DNA of 64,000 nucleotides from Thermofilaceae archaeon. GTDB taxonomy: Archaea; Thermoproteota; Thermoprotei; Thermofilales; Thermofilaceae. The notes under the pieces were generated by a model. The model made no database searches, was not told where the DNA came from, and saw nothing but the letters and a program-made list of their open reading frames with translations. Positions within the stretch are counted from its first letter, which is position 1. The number at the start of each line of letters is the position of its first letter. The translations under genes and the position numbers were made by a program. The stretch spans positions 23,634 to 87,633 of the forward strand of contig JALSNQ010000006.1 in NCBI GenBank assembly GCA_026986905.1. The letters run 5' to 3'. This document shows positions 57,077 through 64,000 of this stretch, one piece after another.

Positions 57077-57934
57077 GTGCTGTATTCTCCCGTGCTAGTT
57101 GTAGGGGGGATAGGGCTTTACGGTGCCAGAGACATAACTTTGGGACTCACAGAGTATCTGAAGCGTGCGGACAAGGTTTTTTTGGAGGTATATACCAGCG
57201 TGGCCCCCTCTTTCAGCGAGGATCTTATCAAGGATATGTTCGGCGTGGAACCCGTACTTTTGACCCGCAGGGATCTCGAAGAGAGAGGCGGAGAGCCTGT
57301 TCTAAGAGCCGCGGAGACCGGTTTAGCCGTGTTCGTGACGCTGGGCCATCCCTTGATGGCGACGACACATCGTATGCTGGTCGTGGAGGCTAGGAGGAGG
57401 GGCATAGATGTAGTTATACTGCCCGCGCCCTCAGTCTTTGACGGCGTGGTGTCGGCGACCGGGCTTCACGTGTACAAGTTCGGCCGCATAGCCACCCTAG
57501 TCTACCCTCAGCCGGAGTACGGTTTTTATCCCCTCAGTACGTATGAGGCGCTGCTTGACGATCTTAGGAGGGGTCTTCACACGCTGCTCTTGCTCGATTT
57601 GAAAGTGGAGGAGGGTGTTTACATGGATGTGCCTGATGCTGCGCGGGTACTACTGGAGCTTGAGGAAAAGGCTGGAGGCGGCGTGGTGAGGGGGGAGCTT
57701 CTCATAATAGGTGTCGCTCGTGCCACGGCGCCAGACGGTGTTGTGGCTGCGGTTAGGCTCCGTGAAGTCGGGGAGGTGGAGTGGGGTCCACCGCCTCACT
57801 CGATAATAATTCCGGGGCTTCTCCACGAGAGCGAGATGGAATACTTATCAATCGTGTGGGGTGTTGAGAGAGAGGTGCTCGACTCTTGGAACTCGATTGT
57901 AAGGAACGAGTTCATGTATACGCGGGATACGTGA
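57077..57934 (+). CDS. dph5: Diphthine synthase
   Basis: EVYTS, GHPLMATTH, YKFG...T, GLHTLLLLD, PPHSIIIPG.LH..E. Confidence 0.93.
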   Translation: MLYSPVLVVGGIGLYGARDITLGLTEYLKRADKVFLEVYTSVAPSFSEDLIKDMFGVEPVLLTRRDLEERGGEPVLRAAETGLAVFVTLGHPLMATTHRMLVVEARRRGIDVVILPAPSVFDGVVSATGLHVYKFGRIATLVYPQPEYGFYPLSTYEALLDDLRRGLHTLLLLDLKVEEGVYMDVPDAARVLLELEEKAGGGVVRGELLIIGVARATAPDGVVAAVRLREVGEVEWGPPPHSIIIPGLLHESEMEYLSIVWGVEREVLDSWNSIVRNEFMYTRDT

Positions 57935-58557
57935 GGCATGCTCTTAGCCAGTTAAGGGGCGTAGAGGGCCCGATAAAGCCGCTGGTTGAGCTTGCACGTG
58001 CATACTTGAGCGACACGGAGTACTATCTAGCTAGGGGCGATGTATGTACGGCACTTTCATGTATCTCGTATTCAGAAGGGGTCTTGGACGCGTTGAAGAG
58101 GCTCGGCTTAGCTGTTTTTGAATGGCCTAAACCCGTGCTGAAGCCTCGCAAGAAGGTTCTGGTGGGCGGCGTGTTTGATGTTCTACACCCAGGCCACATA
58201 TATTTTCTGCGTAAAGCTGCTGAATACGGTAAAGTCTACGTGGTCGTGGCTAGGGATTCGACCGTTATAAAGCATAAGGGCAGGGCTCCAGTACTAGACG
58301 AGAAGGCTAGAGTAGAAGTCCTGAATTCTATTAAATGGGTTGAAGAGGCCTTCTTGGGGGAGGAGCCGCCGGATTTTAGCGCTGTATTGAGGAGGGTGAA
58401 GCCGGACATAGTTTTTCTGGGGGCTGATCAGGGGTGGCTTAGGCCGGAGGTTGAAAGGGCGGCCGCGGCGGCCGGCGTGAGGGTAGAGATATTGATGATG
58501 GATAAACGTGTTGGCGGCTATAGTACCTCTAAGCTTAGGGGCGAGTCTGGGTGCTAG
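57886..58557 (+). CDS. DUF357 domain fused to FAD synthase (RibL)-like cytidylyltransferase
   Basis: AYLSD..YY...GD..TAL..ISY.EG.LDA; then GGVFDVLHPGH, ARD, LG.DQ, STS. Confidence 0.85.
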   Translation: MELDCKERVHVYAGYVRHALSQLRGVEGPIKPLVELARAYLSDTEYYLARGDVCTALSCISYSEGVLDALKRLGLAVFEWPKPVLKPRKKVLVGGVFDVLHPGHIYFLRKAAEYGKVYVVVARDSTVIKHKGRAPVLDEKARVEVLNSIKWVEEAFLGEEPPDFSAVLRRVKPDIVFLGADQGWLRPEVERAAAAAGVRVEILMMDKRVGGYSTSKLRGESGC

Positions 58558-58561
58558 GGGT

Positions 58562-59266
58562 TTATATGCATTCAAGCTCGCCCCTCCCCAGCAGTGATTT
58601 AGCCCTGTTTGCCGCTATGTGTGCCTGCCTTATGGGCTCGGGCAGTTTATAGCCTTTAGATAGTTTTTTGACAAGTCTAATCGAGGTTTTAAGCGAGATC
58701 ATATGGCCTACGCTTACGTATATCGGCTTGGCGTTTTTCCGGGTCTTGACGGCGGCTCCTACGACCTTTCCCTGGTAGTATATAGGGGCCCAGTCGCCGT
58801 TCCATTCGCCTACTTCGCCTACGAGGAGTTTTTTCGCGACACCTATGGTGGGTTTCCTTACGGCGAGGCCTAGTTGGCACGCGAAGCCTGCTAGGTAGGG
58901 ATGCAGCCTACCGTTGCCGTCCACTAGCAGAAGGCCGTATTCCCCACCGAGTTTTCTTAGGGCAAGGTATGTGGGAGCCATCTCCCTGAAGGCTAGTAGG
59001 GTGGGTATGTAGGGCATTCGTGTACGCGTCGCCACCGTCTTCGCCTTTACAAGCATTAGCGAGGGGTATTCTATGAGTACGGCCGCGCCTATGGAGCAGT
59101 TATCTGTAAAAGCTACGTCTACGCCCGCCACGAGCCTTAAGGGGTGTTCTATGAGGTCCTCCTCTACTACGCGGGAAGCTATGAGTCTCTGTGCAAGCCT
59201 CGCTCTCTTTATCGAAAAGTTGGGCGGGAGCTTTTGTCTATCAACTCTCCATCTCCTTGAAGGCAA
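58562..59266 (-). CDS. nfi: Endonuclease V
   Basis: AGVDVAF, PYIPTLLAFRE, VDGNG.LHP, IGVAK, YVSVGH, PEPIRQAH. Confidence 0.95.
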   Translation of the reverse strand: MPSRRWRVDRQKLPPNFSIKRARLAQRLIASRVVEEDLIEHPLRLVAGVDVAFTDNCSIGAAVLIEYPSLMLVKAKTVATRTRMPYIPTLLAFREMAPTYLALRKLGGEYGLLLVDGNGRLHPYLAGFACQLGLAVRKPTIGVAKKLLVGEVGEWNGDWAPIYYQGKVVGAAVKTRKNAKPIYVSVGHMISLKTSIRLVKKLSKGYKLPEPIRQAHIAANRAKSLLGRGELECI

Positions 59267-59882
59267 CTAGAGCCGCCTCTAGCTTTTTTACAAGTTCACC
59301 GCTTTTCTCATAGAAGAGCAGGTCTTTCCTCGTGTTCTCTATTATAATTCTAGCGACATCCATCTTGTGCCTAACACCGGGTATAAGCGCTTCGGGGAAG
59401 GATAGCTTGCTCACCTCCACGAATATCTCCTCCATAATGTTAAGCGTTTTCCAGGCATCCGCGATCTTCCCCTCTCTAACCAGATTTAGTGCGTGTCTCC
59501 TTAGCTCGCCTATGACGTCCCCCAAGCCTGCCAGATACGATGACGGCGGCGCAAGGGATTCGTGGTAAGGCGGTATAGCGCCTGACGTAATTATGCTGTA
59601 AAGGGTCTTTGCCTCGACATACTCTGTTAGAGCGTTGTTTACGGAGCCCGTATAGAAGAGCTGTGGTATACGCGCCTTGTACCCCATTATCTCCCCATGT
59701 ATTTTCTCCACTTCGCCGAGGAGGCGGCCCGCCTCTTCCACGTGCCCCGCATGGATTTTAAACACTATTTCGCGGCAGGCTCTCGTGAGTTCACGTGTGA
59801 TTTTTAATAGTTTTTCCCGTTCGTCGTCGAGTTTTTCTAGCAGCAGGGATACCTCCTCTATAGACTTCTTCCACTCATTCAT
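59241..59882 (-). CDS. Translin/TRAX family protein
   Basis: RE.L....R, EYVEA, YLAGLGDVIGELRR, RHK.D. Confidence 0.9.
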   Translation of the reverse strand: MNEWKKSIEEVSLLLEKLDDEREKLLKITRELTRACREIVFKIHAGHVEEAGRLLGEVEKIHGEIMGYKARIPQLFYTGSVNNALTEYVEAKTLYSIITSGAIPPYHESLAPPSSYLAGLGDVIGELRRHALNLVREGKIADAWKTLNIMEEIFVEVSKLSFPEALIPGVRHKMDVARIIIENTRKDLLFYEKSGELVKKLEAALVAFKEMES

Positions 59883-59924
59883 AGCGAGTGTAATATGTAA
59901 CCCCGCGATAAAAACTAGGTAGAA

Positions 59925-60842
59925 ATGGACGTAGAGAAGTTGCTTAATGCAGGCAGGATAGAGAGGGATGCGTTGAAGCTAGCCATCGACGTCACGCAGG
60001 AAGGTGAAGAGTACATAGAGATAGCTGAAAGGATAGAGAATTTTATAAGGAGCCGGGGCGCGGAGCCCGCTTTCCCCGTCAACATCTCTGTTAACGAGGT
60101 TGCTGCTCACTATACGCCGAGGCCGGGTGACACCTTAAAGATACCTCCAGGGTCTATCGTCAAGGTGGATGTTGGCGTCCACGTAGAGGGGTATATCGCG
60201 GACGCTGCCGTGACCCTATTTTTCGATGAAAAGCACAGAGGCTTGGCACTTGCGGCGTGGAGGGGGCTTGAAGCCGCGTTAAGTACTGCGAGGGACTCGG
60301 TTTCGCTGAACCTTATCGGTAGGAGGGTGTTTGAAGCTATACGCGCGGCTGGATTTAGGCCTATTGAGAACCTCACAGGGCATAAAATTGAAAGATATGA
60401 GCTTCACGCTGGTAAAAGTGTCCCCAACGTGCCAGCGTTTGAGTACCGGTTTGTGAAGATGAAGGCCGGCGAGGTATACGCTATCGAGCCGTTCGCTACG
60501 CCTGGGTCGGGTGTAGTGGTGGACGACGAGTGGAGTAATATTTACAGGGTTGTTTCCACAAGGCGTGTTAAGCGGTCAAAGGAATTAACGGGGCTTTTGC
60601 AGGGGCTTTGGAGGAAATATAGAAGTCTTCCCTTCGCCTCTAGGTGGGTTGTCGAGGAGGGGCTTGGCGACGTAGAGGCTCTAGAAGAGCTAGTAAGGGA
60701 GGGTAGGCTCTACCACTACCCGCGGCTTGTTGAGAGGAGTAGGGCAATGGTGTCCCAGTACGAGGACACGGTGATAATTGAGAAGGATGGCTGCCGCCCG
60801 ACAGTGGGTACTCTAGAGTTAGCGTCTGAACTCATCTTCTAG
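59925..60842 (+). CDS. map: Methionine aminopeptidase type II
   Basis: AFPVN.S.N..AAHYTP, DVGVHVEGYIAD, NLTGH, AIEPF, QYEDT. Confidence 0.95.
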   Translation: MDVEKLLNAGRIERDALKLAIDVTQEGEEYIEIAERIENFIRSRGAEPAFPVNISVNEVAAHYTPRPGDTLKIPPGSIVKVDVGVHVEGYIADAAVTLFFDEKHRGLALAAWRGLEAALSTARDSVSLNLIGRRVFEAIRAAGFRPIENLTGHKIERYELHAGKSVPNVPAFEYRFVKMKAGEVYAIEPFATPGSGVVVDDEWSNIYRVVSTRRVKRSKELTGLLQGLWRKYRSLPFASRWVVEEGLGDVEALEELVREGRLYHYPRLVERSRAMVSQYEDTVIIEKDGCRPTVGTLELASELIF

Positions 60843-61271
60843 GATTTTGATTTCACGGGAAGCGATGTAATATATTAGCGGGATGGAGAGTAGAGCGGTT
60901 TTTCGCCCCTCCTCGGTTAACATGTATAATACCTGTGGCCGCCCCCCTTTTCTCGAGAGCTGTCTCTTTATAAAGCCCAGCTTTTCGAGCTCCCTCAGCT
61001 TTAACGCAAGGCTACTCTGGTTTATCTGGAGGGTTTTTTTCAAGTCGGTGAAGGAAAGTGGCCCTGTGACGAGGAGCAGGTAGAGTATTTCTAACACGTG
61101 TTTCTTAGATAGCACGCTGAAACTCGGCTGGAGGGTTTCTACTAGCTGTGTTATATCTTCTGTCGATAGGCTGTCTTTCTCTACTATCGAGTCAAGCATC
61201 TCTTCTATGCCGATGATGGCCTTCGAGAGCTTCTCTTCTATAATCTTCATTGTATGCTTGTCCAGCTTCAC
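60819..61271 (-). CDS. HxlR-like winged-helix regulator
   Basis: SFTDL...L.INQSSL...L.ELE..G.I.R...V.Y.LTEEG. Confidence 0.85.
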   Translation of the reverse strand: MKLDKHTMKIIEEKLSKAIIGIEEMLDSIVEKDSLSTEDITQLVETLQPSFSVLSKKHVLEILYLLLVTGPLSFTDLKKTLQINQSSLALKLRELEKLGFIKRQLSRKGGRPQVLYMLTEEGRKTALLSIPLIYYIASREIKILEDEFRR

Positions 61272-61328
61272 GAAGAGGCCCCTCAGTTTAGTTTTTAAAC
61301 CCCGGTATAAATTATAAACCGTTCAGCC

Positions 61329-62492
61329 ATGAAGTACGACGCAGTTGTGGTAGGCGCAGGGCCAGCAGGCCTCGCTTTCGCCAGGAGCCTCTCCGAGAAG
61401 GGATATAAGGTAATAGTCGTCGAAAAGGAGGATCAACTCTCGAAGAAACCCTGCGGCGAAGGCATAAGCGCGCGGGTACTAGACACCGCCCGTATACCTA
61501 GGCGCGAGGCGGACCGCTTCGCTTCGAGGAGGATAAATGGTGCGGCTATCATAGCGCCCAACGGTAAAAGCCTGGTGATACGTCAAGAGGGGGAGATGGG
61601 GTACATAGTCGATAAAAGGGCCTTCCTCCGGGTCATGGGAGAGTATGCAGCCGCTGCGGGGGCTGAAATAAGAATGCTTGAACCTGCAAGAGAGTTTCAC
61701 CGCAGCTCTGAAGGCGTTAAAGTGAAGACTAGAACCCTTGATATAGAGGCGAAAATCCTCGTCGGCGCCGACGGGTATCTCTCCAGGGTTGCCAAGACTT
61801 TTGGCCTAGAGAAGCCCGGCGAGCGGAAGGTGATACCCACCGTCCAGTACGTCATGGCTAACGTGGAGCTGGAGGATCCCGAGTTAACATACTTCTACCT
61901 TGGAAGCAAGGTGGCGCCGCTAGGCTATGTCTGGATATTCCCGAAGGACGGCAAGCTTGCTAACGTGGGTATAGGCGTACAGGGAGCGTCTCCCAAGAAG
62001 TATCTTGACAAGTTTATACGGGAGCACCCGGAGTTCTTCTCCAAGTCTACCACTGTCGAGTTCAGAGCAGCAGCTGTAACGATTGGAGGGATGCTTGAGA
62101 AAATAGTTGATGAGAGGGTGATATTGATAGGAGAGGCTGCCGGGCAGGTCATACCGCTCACCGGAGGCGGTATACATACATCCATCGCTGGAGGAGCGAT
62201 AGCCGCCGACACCGTCGCTAAAGCCCTTGAACGCGACGACTTTTCCGTAAATCTTCTGTCAGAGTACCCTGCGGAGTACAACAAGTACTGGGGTAAGAAG
62301 ATTAGGGACAGCCTTAAGGGACTAAAGGCCATAGAAGCCATGAGTGACGAGGAGCTTAACATGCTGGCAGAAATCCTTGAGCCCGAGGACGTCGTCAACC
62401 TTGCAAACGGGGAGAACGTTGGGAAAGTCGCCCTAAAGCTTATGAAGCACCCGATATTCAGCGTGAAACTTGCACGGAAGCTTCTTTCCTAA
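61329..62492 (+). CDS. Geranylgeranyl reductase (DGGGPL reductase family)
   Basis: VVGAGPAG, KPCGEG, GADG, GYVWIFP, GEAAG...P.TGGGI. Confidence 0.9.
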   Translation: MKYDAVVVGAGPAGLAFARSLSEKGYKVIVVEKEDQLSKKPCGEGISARVLDTARIPRREADRFASRRINGAAIIAPNGKSLVIRQEGEMGYIVDKRAFLRVMGEYAAAAGAEIRMLEPAREFHRSSEGVKVKTRTLDIEAKILVGADGYLSRVAKTFGLEKPGERKVIPTVQYVMANVELEDPELTYFYLGSKVAPLGYVWIFPKDGKLANVGIGVQGASPKKYLDKFIREHPEFFSKSTTVEFRAAAVTIGGMLEKIVDERVILIGEAAGQVIPLTGGGIHTSIAGGAIAADTVAKALERDDFSVNLLSEYPAEYNKYWGKKIRDSLKGLKAIEAMSDEELNMLAEILEPEDVVNLANGENVGKVALKLMKHPIFSVKLARKLLS

Positions 62493-62541
62493 ACCCCGCT
62501 GGAGCGCTAGTTTTATATAATCCCTCCCTCCATATCTTTTC

Positions 62542-62655
62542 GCTCCGGCCATAGCCACCGGGCCACGCCCGAACCCGTCAGATCTCGGAAGCTAAGCCGG
62601 TGGCGCCGCTGCGAGTACTGGGGTCTGCGGCCCCGGGAAAGCGCGGTGCCGGAGC
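62542..62655 (+). rRNA. rrf: 5S rRNA, stand-alone
   Basis: Terminal helix gctccggc/gccggagc; ccatagc, cggaagctaagc, gagtactgggg...ccccgggaaa; TATA ttttatataa upstream. Confidence 0.93.
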
Positions 62656-62713
62656 ACCTTATAATCGTTAAGCTTTATTTCCTAGGGTATTTTCATTTCC
62701 TAGGCGCCCGGGC

Positions 62714-63742
62714 ATGGGGTTAGAGGTAGCGGTAATAGGCGTCGGCAGGTGGGGTAGAAACCACGCAAGGGTTCTCTCCGAACTTAAGGGGCGGATGGTT
62801 GATCGTCTAATCATAGTTGACAGGGATTCTAAGAGGGCGGAGGAGGTAGCTGGGCGGTACGGAGCTGACGCGGTGTATAGGGAAGTAGACGACCTGGTTT
62901 CCAGGGAGAAAAACCTGGATGCAGCAGTTGTCGCTGTGCCTACAATGTTCCACTACAGTGTCGCCAGCAAACTCATACCGTATACGAACGTCTTCGTCGA
63001 AAAGCCTCTGGCAGCAACGCTTGAAGAAGGGGCGTCGCTTGTAGAGGAGGCACGGAAGGAGAATAGAATAGTCGCTGTGGGCCATATTGAGCGCTTCAAC
63101 CCAATAGTGAAAGTGTGTAAGAGAATAGTCGAGGACTCCGAGATTCTGGGGATGACGGCTCGCCGCCTAGGCCCAGGCCCCGCTGGAGGATACACACTTA
63201 ACCTCGGCGTGGGCCACGACCTGCTGGTACACGACATAGATATTGTAAACCTCTTCATGGGGTCTCTGCCAAACGCTGTTTATGCGAGAAAATACATGAT
63301 CCAGGGGTTCCCCTACGAGGTTGAAATCGCAGCCCTCTATGAGTACGACGGCACAACCGCGTTCTTAGAGGCTAGCTGGAGAACCGCTCCCAAGTACAAG
63401 CATAGGAGCTTCGAGGTACGACTTGTAGACAAGGTCGTCGCTGCGGATTATATTCTCAGGAGAATAATAGTCGACGAAGGAATAGAGAGGATCGGCATAG
63501 GTGGCGGTAAGAACGCGGTAATGCATGTTGAACGCTTCGGAATAGAGGTTTCCTACCTCCAAGAGGAGCCTCTACGGTTGGAAATGACGGACTTCCTGGA
63601 GAGCGTTAAGGAGTCCAAGAAGCCTGCAGTGGATGTACTGGACGGATACATAGCGCTGAAAAGCGTCATATATGCCATCATGAGTGGCGAGAAGGGAACG
63701 CGTTTAAGTATAAGCTGGGAGGAGTTAGACAGGTACGCCTAA
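62714..63742 (+). CDS. Gfo/Idh/MocA family oxidoreductase
   Basis: GVGRWG.NH, VEKP, GHIERFNP, DLLVHDID, EEPL..E. Confidence 0.92.
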   Translation: MGLEVAVIGVGRWGRNHARVLSELKGRMVDRLIIVDRDSKRAEEVAGRYGADAVYREVDDLVSREKNLDAAVVAVPTMFHYSVASKLIPYTNVFVEKPLAATLEEGASLVEEARKENRIVAVGHIERFNPIVKVCKRIVEDSEILGMTARRLGPGPAGGYTLNLGVGHDLLVHDIDIVNLFMGSLPNAVYARKYMIQGFPYEVEIAALYEYDGTTAFLEASWRTAPKYKHRSFEVRLVDKVVAADYILRRIIVDEGIERIGIGGGKNAVMHVERFGIEVSYLQEEPLRLEMTDFLESVKESKKPAVDVLDGYIALKSVIYAIMSGEKGTRLSISWEELDRYA

Positions 63743-64000
63743 CTCTCCTATCTGTAGCAGCCTTCTAGGTAGGCTTTTTCTCCACAAGCCAAGAAGTGCC
63801 CTTAGCAGCCTCTCTTCCCGGAGGAGGGGGCTTCTAGAAGAGGCCAGCAATGGCATCCACCCGCTAGCCTCTTTTCCCATGAAGAGCTGAATCGAGTTGA
63901 TAATAGCGGCCCTACCGCACCTCTTTCCTGAGACGTGGACGACCTCTTCGCCTACAATACCTATCCTGACGTGACATTTGCCTAGAAGAACCTTTGTTGA
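63725..64000 (-). CDS. Hypothetical protein, C-terminal part (truncated by window end)
   Basis: Open frame of 92 codons from the window edge to TAA at 63725-63727. Confidence 0.45.
   Translation of the reverse strand, partial: STKVLLGKCHVRIGIVGEEVVHVSGKRCGRAAIINSIQLFMGKEASGWMPLLASSRSPLLREERLLRALLGLWRKSLPRRLLQIGELGVPV

Noticed and set aside
56938..57393. 151-aa Arg-rich ORF; likewise ORFs 39045-39317 and 36564-36800 and the 5' extensions of 21388-22326 and 39341-39742
   Set aside because: These run across GC-rich tRNA or sRNA genes, or shadow real CDSs
1..64000. CRISPR array, cas genes, intact transposase or intein
   Set aside because: No regularly spaced repeats or such motifs seen; aIF5B and TFB have normal lengths

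Overview
64 kb of a hyperthermophilic crenarchaeal chromosome, most consistent with Thermofilaceae/Thermoproteales (archaeal histone, Elf1, multi-intron tRNAs, stand-alone 5S rRNA). Most of the window is housekeeping: aIF2-beta, aIF5A, aIF5B, SRP54, AspRS, Nop5/fibrillarin, Trm1, DnaG, ribosomal proteins, KEOPS, thermosome, TFB, Dph5, EndoV, MetAP and lipid enzymes. Positions ~3.4-19.5 kb form an oxygen/redox/sulfur-stress cluster (CydAA'-type bd oxidase, flavodiiron protein, two peroxiredoxins, YeeE transporter, DIP synthesis genes, ComA-HTH fusion) that contains a decayed integrated element (integrase N-terminal remnant plus a broken VapBC). The main discovery is in non-coding sequence. A split, apparently trans-spliced tRNA-Cys(GCA) has its 5' half at 57002-57043 and its intron-containing 3' half at 39067-39146, 18 kb apart in reversed order, joined by an 11-bp leader/trailer duplex and a BHB motif at position 30/31. 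An orphan intron-containing 5' half of tRNA-Arg(TCG) lies at 41704-41783. I also found tRNA-Val with two introns, tRNA-Leu with a D-loop intron, three C/D box sRNAs and one H/ACA-like sRNA. All calls were made by eye from sequence and translations; no database search was run.
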